Shown here piece by piece: positions 1 to 9,563 of a DNA stretch of 44,819 nt. The notes beneath the pieces were generated by a model. The model saw only the letters and a list, made by a program, of their open reading frames with translations. It was not told the origin of the DNA and did no database searches. Position 1 is the first letter of the stretch, and each line of letters starts with the position of its first letter. The stretch comes from Thraustochytrium aureum (taxonomy: Eukaryota): contig BLSG01000149.1 in NCBI GenBank assembly GCA_012862495.1, positions 35,387 through 80,205 on the forward strand. The letters run 5' to 3'. The position numbers were made by a program, and so were the translations under genes.

Positions 1-90
1 CCGTCAGGCCTTGCCGAGACGGACGGGATTCGGCGGTTGGACGGAGCGAATCTGCGGCCCGCCCTCGCTGCCGGCCTGCCGAGACCGCCT

Positions 91-152
91 GCAGCCTGCG
101 CGAGCAGCCTGCGCGAGCAGCCTGCGCCAGCAGCCTGCGCCAGCAGCCTGCG
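91..152. repeat. 13-nt minisatellite (GCAGCCTGCGCGA/GCAGCCTGCGCCA), about 4.7 copies
   Basis: Tandem units directly visible downstream of the first gene. Confidence 0.85.
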
Positions 153-369
153 TCGTGGCGACCGCCGGCCTCACCGGGAACAGAAACGATCGCACAACGG
201 CGAAGTCGAATCGATGGTTTTTGGCGCCACCGACAACGGGCGGCACGTCGCCTGCTCGACAGCGCGAAGCTCCAGGCGAACGCCGCATGCGGAAGAGGGG
301 ATGGGGCACGGGGCTTGCGCAGGATTGTTTTGTTCAGAAAGGTTTTCGATATCAAGTGGCGGGCGTTTG

Positions 370-1626
370 TCAGTCGGACTTGGCGGTGAGCTCGAGCTCC
401 TCCGTTTGGCGAAGGCCTTGGACGAACTTGAGCAGGCCGTACGCCTGCGAGCCCCACGCCAGGAGCAGCGTGGTGTGCATAGCCAGGTTTGTGAGTCCGA
501 GCGGGACCCGGAGGAAATTGGCAATGTCGTAGCCTGGGAGAAGCAGGATGTTCGTGAGGGCCCCGAATAGCAATACGCGCCGCGCACGCTTGCCGACGTT
601 GTAGTGCGCCCAGGACTTGCGCGCGTACAGCACAAGCACCAAGTAAGCGGTGGGCGGCGCTTGCGTGACCCCGGCTAAGAAGATGTCGCATGCAGGCTGC
701 TTCATGCTGAAGAACCCGACGGAGTTGACGATCAGGAAAAAGACGCTGTAGGCGATCCAGAAAAAGTGCGGCACAATGGGCATGTCAAAGTTGACCTGCG
801 CGCGCCGCGCGCTGCGCCGGCGCGCCTTGGCAGCAGCGGCGTCCTCCTCCTCTGCAGCGGACGAGGCCTCGCCGCCCTCTTCGGATCCAGCGTCCGAGCC
901 AGCTTGCGACCGGTTGGCCTGGCCCGCCTCGTCAAGGGCTGGGAGCGGGATCCTGGCAATCTCGGTCGCCGCAGAGCCCATAAACCCTCCTGCGACCGCC
1001 ACGCTCCCAACGCAGACTCGCCACATGGCGCGAAACAGCGCAGTGTTGAGGCGGCCGGGCATAAACATGTGGCTGAAGGCGCCAACGAGCGTGGACAGCG
1101 AGTAGGACCCGATGAGCAGAGCGCTGAAGAAGATGAGCTTGCGCGAGAGTCGCGTCGGCGGCGTGGTCGCGATTAGCACGGTGAAGGCGCCCATGACGAC
1201 TGCGAGGATGTAGTCGGTGCCCCAAGTCAGGAACGAGTCGTCAAAGACCGTGTTGGGCTCGTAGGAGAACCACGCAGAAGAGTAGAGCTTTGGCCCCGTG
1301 AAGAATGCCGTGAGCGGCGGGAACACGCGCGCAAAAAACATCATGAACACCAAGGCGAACGGCGTCGCCGCGCCCCAGAGCAAGTCCGCCTTGGCCACCC
1401 CGGTCCGCTCCACCACCTTGTCGAGCTCCGCGTTGGCCGCGCGCGCGCCCTTGGCGACGCGCTTTGCGCCCTGCCCCGCCATCGCCCGCGCGGCCTGCCC
1501 CTGCGCCACTACACGTTTCTCTAAGGCCTTGCCGACGGCCTCCGCGCGTTTCAGGGCTTGCTCGCCCACGTCACTTACGGCCTTGATCTCGCTCGCGTAC
1601 TTGGCCTGGAGCTCCTCGAGCGGCAT
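370..1626 (-). CDS. Multi-pass membrane protein, 418 aa, function unknown (possibly DUF6962-like)
   Basis: ATG-initiated ORF with high GC3. Helical N-terminus is followed by about 7-8 hydrophobic segments. The 'YEPNTV...TWGTDYILAV' motif resembles DUF6962-type proteins from memory only. Confidence 0.8.
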   Translation of the reverse strand: MPLEELQAKYASEIKAVSDVGEQALKRAEAVGKALEKRVVAQGQAARAMAGQGAKRVAKGARAANAELDKVVERTGVAKADLLWGAATPFALVFMMFFARVFPPLTAFFTGPKLYSSAWFSYEPNTVFDDSFLTWGTDYILAVVMGAFTVLIATTPPTRLSRKLIFFSALLIGSYSLSTLVGAFSHMFMPGRLNTALFRAMWRVCVGSVAVAGGFMGSAATEIARIPLPALDEAGQANRSQAGSDAGSEEGGEASSAAEEEDAAAAKARRRSARRAQVNFDMPIVPHFFWIAYSVFFLIVNSVGFFSMKQPACDIFLAGVTQAPPTAYLVLVLYARKSWAHYNVGKRARRVLLFGALTNILLLPGYDIANFLRVPLGLTNLAMHTTLLLAWGSQAYGLLKFVQGLRQTEELELTAKSD

Positions 1627-2278
1627 CCTCTTCTCTCGCCCAGGCTTTCAAGACCAGCGTGCAGCCGCGCCACGCAGCGCGTTGCGCTTTGGACAATCGA
1701 ATGCGTCACAACTTCGGGCGACTATGTACTTGGCGTTCGCTGACCGACTCGAAACGGAGCCAGCCTGGCTTGGCTGCTTCGGCCTCGAGCGGCCGCGAAC
1801 AAAGCTGCTGCAGCTGTCTCTGTTGCTGCCTTTGCAGCTGCCCCTGCTGCGGATGTGCTGTCACCGAGTTGACGCAACGAGTTCGTTGCTGGTCTGCTCG
1901 AAAGTGTGCTCGCGTTGCGCTGTGTCCGTTTTGCATCAGACCTGCGTCGCATCATTTGTTGTGAAAGCTTGTTTCCTTTTTCTGGCGCTGTTGTGCTTGG
2001 GCTTGCAAGGTGGGTGCTCGAGGGACGCCGTCGGCGGTGGACGTCGCGAACCCGAGTCGCTGCCGCAGGCAAATTCAAGCAAGGCGCTGGCCAGTTCGGC
2101 ACAGTTCCAGCGCCGCTGGACGCCCTTGGCGTGCACTTATTTGCGCCTAGGCGTTGCACTGCCAGGAGCCCGGCGAGGACGCGGAAGTTTGCTTGTTGTT
2201 TGCTCATTTCCCTCCAACCGCTTACTACCTACGAGGCCTACGAGGTAGCAGTAGTGAGCCTGTTCATTGATGAGCGGA

Positions 2279-3532
2279 TCAATGACCAACCAGAGTGAGG
2301 ACAAAGCTACCGCTGCGGCGCACCTCGTCCCTCTCCGCCCCATCCTCACCAAACTCGTCATCTTCGTCATCTGCCTCGTCGTCTTCGTCTCCGCCGAGGC
2401 CCGCTCCGCCCTTGTCGCTTGGTGAAGCGCGGTCGTCAGCGACCAACAAGGAGAGTTGCTGGTCCGGGAGCCAACGAAACGACTTGCCTGGCCCTACCAC
2501 GGAAAACGTCTCAGTTTCCGGGTCGAAGAGCTCGAGGGCGCGTTGGCCAATGTTGGTGCAATAGAGGCAATCCGCGCAAGGGTCAACGCGAAGGTGGCGC
2601 CTACTTGCCTGCAAGTCGCCGCCCATGTGCACGCGCCCAAGGTAGCGCAACTCGCCGCCGTACAAAATGGCGACGCAGTCGTCGTTGTCGCTCCAGAGCT
2701 CCCAGGCGGCCTCGCCTTGGCCCGCCGGAATTGCGCCGGCCAACAAGAGCCTGAGCTCGCGCACATGCACCTTGACGAGCAGCAGAGTGATCGCAGCTGC
2801 CACGACGACGTCTACCGTGTAGTGGTCCCGCACGAGAATGCTCACGAAGAGGCCCGCCCCCGCAAACGTTAGCGCGATCGTCTTGACGATCAGGCCCAGG
2901 TCGGCGAGCAATACAAGCGCAAGTGCCAGGACGTTGATCGTGGTGTGCCCACTAAACATTTGGTCGTTGCAAAAGATGCTCGACACGAGCGTGCCGGCTT
3001 GCGGCGGGTAGTCGCCGAGGCTCGAGTGGTTTTGGCACGACCCGATCGGAGAGGGGAACGTGGTGGACACCAGCGTCACCGTGCGAAGCAGCACGAGCAC
3101 GGCAAACAGGAACAGCACCTTGCGAAGCAGCAAAACGCCGGCCGCTGCGTTGACGCTCCAAGCGCGCGCCACCGTTATCAGCACGGCCGGAAGCGCAAAA
3201 CAAACGAGAATCAGATCTGGCGCCATGTGCAGTGGCGAATCCACGTCCGTATGATCAAACGGCGGCGTGTTGCGGTGCACAATGTCGTCGAGAGGCCCCA
3301 TTCTCGCCACCTTGCCGCGCTCAAACGCAGCGAGCGACCCACGATGGCTTAAGGCAGAGGCGAGGCCGACCAGCACAACCATGGGGCCCAGCTCTTGCAT
3401 TGCCCACTCCATCGACCCGGGCGCCGCCGTCGCCCCGTGCGTCTTGGCGACGCCTTTCATCTTCCAACTGCCCTTGCTCACGAGGCCAAACTCCTCGAGC
3501 AGCGCCACCGTGAGCAAGTACGGGCAGAGCAT
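2279..3532 (-). CDS. Sphingomyelin/inositolphosphorylceramide synthase-like protein (PAP2_C) with a C-terminal FHA-like domain; start uncertain (ATG at 3532, 3460 or downstream)
   Basis: SMS/IPCS motifs 'LRTVTLVSTTFPSP', 'CNDQMFSGHT' (D3) and 'RDHYTVDVVVA' (D4), with about 6 TM helices. Confidence 0.85.
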   Translation of the reverse strand: MLCPYLLTVALLEEFGLVSKGSWKMKGVAKTHGATAAPGSMEWAMQELGPMVVLVGLASALSHRGSLAAFERGKVARMGPLDDIVHRNTPPFDHTDVDSPLHMAPDLILVCFALPAVLITVARAWSVNAAAGVLLLRKVLFLFAVLVLLRTVTLVSTTFPSPIGSCQNHSSLGDYPPQAGTLVSSIFCNDQMFSGHTTINVLALALVLLADLGLIVKTIALTFAGAGLFVSILVRDHYTVDVVVAAAITLLLVKVHVRELRLLLAGAIPAGQGEAAWELWSDNDDCVAILYGGELRYLGRVHMGGDLQASRRHLRVDPCADCLYCTNIGQRALELFDPETETFSVVGPGKSFRWLPDQQLSLLVADDRASPSDKGGAGLGGDEDDEADDEDDEFGEDGAERDEVRRSGSFVLTLVGH

Positions 3533-4391
3533 CCTCGTTGCTTGCAAGCGGGCCGCCCGACACGCAGACTAGCACAGCGCCCTTCGAGCCGCGCGGACAG
3601 CCCGAGACGCAGAAGCGGTTTGTTCTGGCGCCATCAACAAGATACACGCCGGTTGTGCTCGCAAGTGCTCGCGATCAACGAGTTGCTCGATGTTTGGCAC
3701 CTTGCCAACTTGAGGGATGCTCAGGCATGCGCCCTTCGCCAGCCAGCCCGAGAGCCCAGCAACCCATGGCCGTCCGTCCGCTGGTGCGGCACCCTGCGCG
3801 CCCTTCCACGAGGATCCCCGTGCGCCACATCGCGGCGCCGCGCCGGGAGTGGAGGAGACCTTTGGCAATTCGACGCTCCTCCGAAACGCTCTCGCTCGGG
3901 AGCGCTGCAAGCCCTCTGGATCAACCAACTCCCCGCGCACAGCAAGGCAAGGCCGGCCTCGGGTCCCAGCGCTGCCTGCTTCCGCCGTCGGTCGTGGGCC
4001 CCGGGTGGCCGGCCCGCCTGAGGGCTGGCTGGTCTCCTTCCAGCTCGCAAAAACCAGTCCAACCCGAACCCCGCGAGCTGAAAAACCACGAGCCGCCATC
4101 GCTCCGCCCAGGCCGACATGGCGAGCTTGGCTGCGGCGCAGTGCGGCCTGGCTGGCTGGCTGCTGGCGGGCGCATCCGCGTCGCACCGGGGCAGGACGCC
4201 GAGCCTCGACTCGGCCAAAGGCGAAAAGGCCGTACTCTTTGGTACTAGTAGAAGGTCTTGATTTCAAGAGATGAAGACATCGATGAAGCACAGGCAGACA
4301 GGCAGATCACGAACGAGCGTCGAGAGCGCGAGCGCTTCGGTCGAGCAAGAGGCAAGTGCGTCAGGGGACATTCGTTGCGTCGTTGTGCTGC

Positions 4392-5174
4392 ATGCTGCAG
4401 ACGCTACGAAGAGTCCTGGGCTCGAGCAAGGGCACGGGTCGGCGAATGATGGGCAACAGCGCCGGCAACAGCGGGAAGGCGGTCGAGATCAGCGAGCCGC
4501 ACTTCGTGCTCAAGACGCCCATCCAAGGCGAGTTCAAGGGCATGGAGCAGTGCGTGTTTGGGACCGGGTGCTTCTGGGGCAGCGAGAAGGGGTTTTGGCG
4601 CTTCCCCGGCGTGTTCACCACCGCGGTGGTCTACGCTGGAGGCAAGGTTGAAAATCCCAGCTACGAGCAGGTCTGCAGCGGCCGGTCGGGCCACACCGAA
4701 GCTGTGCTCGTGGTCTGGGACCCGGCTAAGGTGACCTTCGTGGACATTGTGCGCCAGTTCCTCCAGAGCCACGACCCGACGCAAAAGGACCGCCAGGGCA
4801 ACGACGCTGGCACCCAGTACCGCGGGGCGTTCTACTACACGACGGAGGACCAGAAGCGCATCGGGGAGGCTGCGATTGCGCAGTACGGCAAGCAACTCGG
4901 CAAGAGCCTCGCCACGGAGGTGAAGCAGCTCGACACGTTCTACTATGCTGAACAGTACCACCAGCAGTACTTGGCGCGCCCTGGGTCGCGGCCGTACTGT
5001 TCGGCCATGCCCACCGGGGTGCAGCTCGCAGACTACAAGGGATGGTGCCCGGCCGACCTGCAGGACAAGTATGCGCCCAAGCTTGGCGAGGACTTTTGGG
5101 CCGTGCACGCGCCCTCGCCTCATTGCGTTCTGCGCCAGCCGCACGAGCCGATCGAGTGGCCTGCCAAGATGTAA
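4392..5174 (+). CDS. msrA: Peptide methionine sulfoxide reductase A
   Basis: GCFWG active site plus 'NPSYEQVCSGRSGHTEAV', 'QGNDAGTQYR' and 'YYAEQYHQQYL'. In-frame ATGs at 4392, 4446 and 4449. Confidence 0.95.
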   Translation: MLQTLRRVLGSSKGTGRRMMGNSAGNSGKAVEISEPHFVLKTPIQGEFKGMEQCVFGTGCFWGSEKGFWRFPGVFTTAVVYAGGKVENPSYEQVCSGRSGHTEAVLVVWDPAKVTFVDIVRQFLQSHDPTQKDRQGNDAGTQYRGAFYYTTEDQKRIGEAAIAQYGKQLGKSLATEVKQLDTFYYAEQYHQQYLARPGSRPYCSAMPTGVQLADYKGWCPADLQDKYAPKLGEDFWAVHAPSPHCVLRQPHEPIEWPAKM

Positions 5175-5390
5175 AACCGTCCCTGGCGCCCCGGGTGCAT
5201 GAGGGGGGTGCAATCGCTTCCTTTGCAATCGAAGTCCAATCTCTTTTTGTAGTGCCTCATCGTTGAGCTTTCGCTGGTCGCGCCTTTCGCAGCAGAGACG
5301 CGCCGAATCATCTCACAGTGGTGCTTCGCTGCGAGGGCGGGCGGGAAGTGCAGTGGCCACTTTTTCATTTCATCCGCACGGCAGAGGCCG

Positions 5391-5980
5391 TCAGAGCCGA
5401 GCCGGCCGGAACGATTGCCGGTACCTGCCCTGGTTTTGCACGTAGCCCTGCGCAGTGCGGCGGAGGCCCTCGACCTCCTTCTCCGTGAGCTGGCGAACAA
5501 CCTTGTTCACTCCCATGACGAGACTCCTGTCGGGGATCACGGTCCCTTCGGTGACAAGCGCCCCTGCCCCAATGAGGCACTCCGCGCCGACTTTGGCGCT
5601 GCAGAGGGGCCAACGCCGCCGTCAGCAACTCTCCAACCGGGCGCTTGCGAGCAGTCGCACAAGCTACTTACTTGTTGAGCACGGTGGCCCCGATCCCGAT
5701 GAGCGAGTTGTCGCCAATCGTGCAGCCGTGCAGCATGACCATGTGCCCAATGGTGACGCCGTCCCCGACCTTCAGCTCGATGCCTGCGTCGGTGTGGAGC
5801 ACCGAGCCGTCCTGGACATTGGTCTCGGCACCAAGCGTGATCCTGTCGCGGTCCCCGCGCAGGCAGGCGCCAAACCAGATACTAGACCGCGGGCCCACGA
5901 CGACATCGCCAACGACCACCGCGTTCGGGGCCACCCAGCACTCCGGGCTGAGCTGGGGCTCGACACCTTCGAGCGCGAAC
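5391..5980 (-). CDS. Gamma-carbonic anhydrase-like hexapeptide-repeat protein (YrdA/PaaY/CaiE family). 5' end lies in the gap; visible exons 5980-5672 and 5598-5391
   Basis: Motif run 'VVVGDV..SIWFGACLRGD..NVQDGSVLH..VTIGHMVMLHGCTIGDNSLIGIGATVLN'. Splicing the GTAAGT...CTGAC...CTGCAG intron (5671-5599) restores 'NAKVGAECLIGAGALVTEGTVIPDRSLVMG...SFRPARL*'. Confidence 0.9.
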
Positions 5981-6322
5981 NNNNNNNNNNNNNNNNNNNN
6001 NNNNNNNNNNNNNNNNNNNNNNNNNNNNNNNNNNNNNNNNNNNNNNNNNNNNNNNNNNNNNNNNNNNNNNNNNNNNNNNNNNNNNNNNNNNNNNNNNNNN
6101 NNNNNNNNNNNNNNNNNNNNNNNNNNNNNNNNNNNNNNNNNNNNNNNNNNNNNNNNNNNNNNNNNNNNNNNNNNNNNNNNNNNNNNNNNNNNNNNNTTCC
6201 TCGAACACGCCCCGACCGGCCAGCCGCTCCGCACCGCGCCAGCCGACCAGCCAGACGCGCAACCGCACACGAGCAACGCACCGCAGCCGCTCCTCGCGCA
6301 GGGGCTTGCGGGGCGGGCCGAG

Positions 6323-7024
6323 ATGGCGACACTGGCGTCGGAATGTGCCGCGCAAATGGGCAACATTGACGCAGAATGTGGTCCACTTGCGACTGGCGCG
6401 TTGGCCGCCCTGACCGCGGCGCTGCGCGTCCGGGACGCGGACGTGGACGGCGTGTTCTTGGTCGGCTCGAGGCTGTTCGGCTTGGCACGGGAGGACTCTG
6501 ACTTCGACCTGGTCGTCGTGGTTGCCGACGGCGCCCGCGGCGCGCCGCGGGCGGTCTCCTGCGGCCGGCTCGAGGCGAACGTGATGAGCCGGACAGCCTT
6601 CTGCGAAGGTGTTGCTGGGGGCGACATGCTCTGCGTGGTGTGCGCGGTCGCTCCGGCGGAATTCGCGGCGAGGCGGCCTGCATGGCTCGACCAGGTCGCC
6701 AAGACCCGACCAAGCTCGTCGCACGGGCCGCTCCATGCAGCGCAGCTTGAGCGCGACGCCGCGGTGGCGCAAAAGCACTGGCGCAAGGGCAAGCTTTTGC
6801 AGGCGCAAAAGGTTTGGTTTTGCATGCTGCGCTCCAACGCCGTGCTGGATGCAATTCAAAGGCACGGCCCGGCGTTTCTCGACGAGGTGACACCAGAGCG
6901 GCAGCGGGGTTTGCTGGTCCGACTTGCTGCCGCGAGGCGCGCTTGGGTCGCATGTGCGGGAGGGGATAAGTCGATGGCAGCAACGCGCGGTATCCCGCAT
7001 GCTTGGCACTCGGAGGCCCTCTGA
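6323..7024 (+). CDS. DNA polymerase beta-superfamily nucleotidyltransferase domain protein, 233 aa
   Basis: Signature hGS..DxD motif 'VFLVGSRLFGLAREDSDFDLVVVV', followed by a helical C-terminal region. Confidence 0.8.
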   Translation: MATLASECAAQMGNIDAECGPLATGALAALTAALRVRDADVDGVFLVGSRLFGLAREDSDFDLVVVVADGARGAPRAVSCGRLEANVMSRTAFCEGVAGGDMLCVVCAVAPAEFAARRPAWLDQVAKTRPSSSHGPLHAAQLERDAAVAQKHWRKGKLLQAQKVWFCMLRSNAVLDAIQRHGPAFLDEVTPERQRGLLVRLAAARRAWVACAGGDKSMAATRGIPHAWHSEAL

Positions 7025-7118
7025 CAGGATGCGATGGCGATGCAAGATTGTTTTCATAAAATTAGAAGTTGGGAGCTCAAGTTCGAAGTTCGTTGCGCAG
7101 ACTGAAGACACGCCGCGC

Positions 7119-8399
7119 CTAGAGCTTGCTGGCCTTCATTCCTTCCTTGAGGACGCTACGGATTGCAAAATCCTCAAGGATCTCCTCCGACCCGCCAGGG
7201 ATGGCCACACCGCGCACCTCGCGGTACAGGCGCTCCACCATGCGGCCGCGGCCCTCCTTGACGATCGAAGACCCGCCAAAGATCTGCGCGGCCTCGCGGG
7301 CACAGTACTCGAACGTCTTGCTGGCTTGGACCTTGAGGAGCGCGCATTGCGCACCGAGCGCCGAGTCCGGCACGCCAGAGCTAAACAGGTAGGCGATGCG
7401 CTCGAGGTGGTCCTGCAGCGCCTCGATCTGGCGCGCCATCTCGGCGAGCTTGAATCGAATGATCTGGTGCTCGATGAGCCGCTTACCAAACGTCTTGCGC
7501 GAGGTCGCCTCGTGGAGCGCCTCTTGGTAGCAGAGGCGCGAGGAGCGGGCCGTGCCGGCCGCGATCACGAAGCGCTCGTGGTTAAAGTTGATAGTGATGT
7601 AGGAAAACCCCTTGCCCTCCTCGCCGATGAGGTTTTCCACGGGGACCTTGACGTCCTCCAGGTCCACGGCGCACGTGTTGTGCGTGTTGTCGAACTGGGT
7701 CTCCATCTTGCGAATCTTGATGCCGGGCATGCCCTTTTCGAGGAGCAGCACGCTCAGGCCGCCGGCCCCCGGCCCGCCGGTGCGCACCAAGCAGGTCCAG
7801 TAGTCGGCGATCAGGCTGCCGGTGATCCACTTCTTCTGCCCGTTCACAATGTAGTGGTCGCCGACGCGCTCCGCGGTGGCGCGGATGTTGGCCACGTCGC
7901 TCCCCGCCCAGGGCTCGCTGATCATCAGCGAGCAGTTCTTGCGGCCCTCCACGACGTCGCGCACGACCTTCTCCTTGAGGTAGTCCGACCCGTACTTGAT
8001 GATCGGGGGCAGCGCCATCGAGTTGATCGACATCTGTCCCAGAGCGCCACCGCCGCCGCACCTGGAGAGCTCGTCCCACAGGATCAGCTCATGAAACGCG
8101 TCAAAGTCGTCCGGCCGCGTGCCGCCAAACTCCTTGGGGTACAGCACGCCCTGGATCCCAGCCTTGTACGCCTTCTCGTGCAAGGCGACCGGGTACAGCT
8201 CGCGCTTGTCGAGCCACTCGTCCAGGAACGGCTTGATCTCCTTCTCCACAAAGTCCCTCACCGTCTGGCGAAACTTGACGTGCGACTCGCGGTAGTACGG
8301 GCTCGGAAACCCTTGGTACCACGCCGGCTCGCAGAACGTGTACTGGTCACCGTACGGCTGGAGAGCCGGCCCGCTGGCAGTGCTCGACTTGATCGACAT
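7119..8399 (-). CDS. Acyl-CoA dehydrogenase, probably peroxisomal (C-terminal SKL)
   Basis: Motifs 'LMISEPWAGSDVA', 'YIVNGQKKWITG', 'NLIGEEGKGF', 'FNHER', 'RKTFGKRLIEHQ', 'AAQIFGG' and 'IPGGSEEI'; ends in ASKL*. Confidence 0.95.
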   Translation of the reverse strand: MSIKSSTASGPALQPYGDQYTFCEPAWYQGFPSPYYRESHVKFRQTVRDFVEKEIKPFLDEWLDKRELYPVALHEKAYKAGIQGVLYPKEFGGTRPDDFDAFHELILWDELSRCGGGGALGQMSINSMALPPIIKYGSDYLKEKVVRDVVEGRKNCSLMISEPWAGSDVANIRATAERVGDHYIVNGQKKWITGSLIADYWTCLVRTGGPGAGGLSVLLLEKGMPGIKIRKMETQFDNTHNTCAVDLEDVKVPVENLIGEEGKGFSYITINFNHERFVIAAGTARSSRLCYQEALHEATSRKTFGKRLIEHQIIRFKLAEMARQIEALQDHLERIAYLFSSGVPDSALGAQCALLKVQASKTFEYCAREAAQIFGGSSIVKEGRGRMVERLYREVRGVAIPGGSEEILEDFAIRSVLKEGMKASKL

Positions 8400-9563
8400 T
8401 GTTGCAACCCCCACCCGTTGTCCCGTGCCCGATCTTTTATACAAAATCAAATCGCTTGCGGCTCAACCTGCTCCTGGCCCTTGCGCGTTGGCAGTGTTGT
8501 GCCTCGCGGGTCCTGTCGCGTTCGGTGTCTGCCGGGCGCCGCGCCCGCTCGTGAAGATAGCGAGGGTCTGTCCGTCACTTGGTACGCGCATTCCGCTTTT
8601 ACAAACGATCTGCCAAGACAGAGCGGCTTGTGGGGTGTTTTGGCACAGGATCGCGGGCCATCTCCGATTGGGGTTTGCGAGCGGACTGACGTGACAAGCT
8701 CGGGCGGACTCTGTCGGCCATCCAACGCCCGCCCACGGACTCGGAGCGTGCACATGCACGTCTCTGCTTACTCTTACCGGTGTCCCTGATTGACCTGGGA
8801 CGATGCGGCCCGACACTGTTGTTCGTTCTTGTGCGTGCAGGCAAGGCGGCGTCGCGTCCCAGCCGACAGTGCACAAGCAACAAGACCGACAAGGACAAGG
8901 CGAGCAAGTGCTCGTACTCGGACACGTACTCGGCCACGTACTCGGGCAGTCCACGACTCGAACGCGCCCGGATACCCGTTACACGAGCACCGAGTACTCG
9001 CTGCAGTGGACCGGACGCCTCCAAGTTGCAGTGAAACAATCAACAGAGCGCAGGCAATGTCCGCGGAATGCGTGGACGACCAGCGCAGTTGACATCACGT
9101 TCAAGATCAAGAAAGCAGGCGCGATTCAACGGCGGTGATGCTGGGTTGACGCCAAGTTGCGCTGGAGCCTTGTGTGGACGTCAAGCACTCGCGCGACAAG
9201 ATGGCGCGGTTGAATGTGTTGGTTTTGTGGGTTTGTATGTGTGAAATCGATGAAAGGGAGTTGCGCCAGCAGCGAACTGCATGCGCGACAGTGCAGTGTT
9301 ATTGGGTCGATGAGGATGGAGAACGAAAAAGGGAGAGCGCGGACTCGAATTCTGTTCTGCCACCACTCTCTGTGGTCTCGGCGGCCAAGCAGGTAGATCA
9401 TGAGAAATCCCAAGCGGTCGCCGTCAGCGCCGGTGTCGACAGACTCTAGAGAACCCGCCCAACGGCCCTCGGGACGGCAGGCGCATTCAGAAGGGTGGCA
9501 GTCTCTCGATCAATTGCTGTAGGTGTAGGTGGAGAGGAGGTCGTGGGGGGTGGCTGAGCCACG

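Noticed and set aside
5645..7111. ORFs joining gamma-CA and nucleotidyltransferase sequence across gap 5981-6196
   Set aside because: The two genes are on opposite strands; continuity comes only from the Ns.
6924..8789. Long antisense or alternate-frame ORFs (e.g. 6924-8789 +, 20782-21963 +, 10349-11725 +)
   Set aside because: These are shadow ORFs of high-GC3 genes on the opposite strand and have no recognisable motifs.
8905..9000. Short ACGTACTCGG repeats and a Cys-rich ORF (8463-8954 -)
   Set aside because: Three 12-nt-period units in intergenic DNA; the ORF lacks an ATG start and coding bias.
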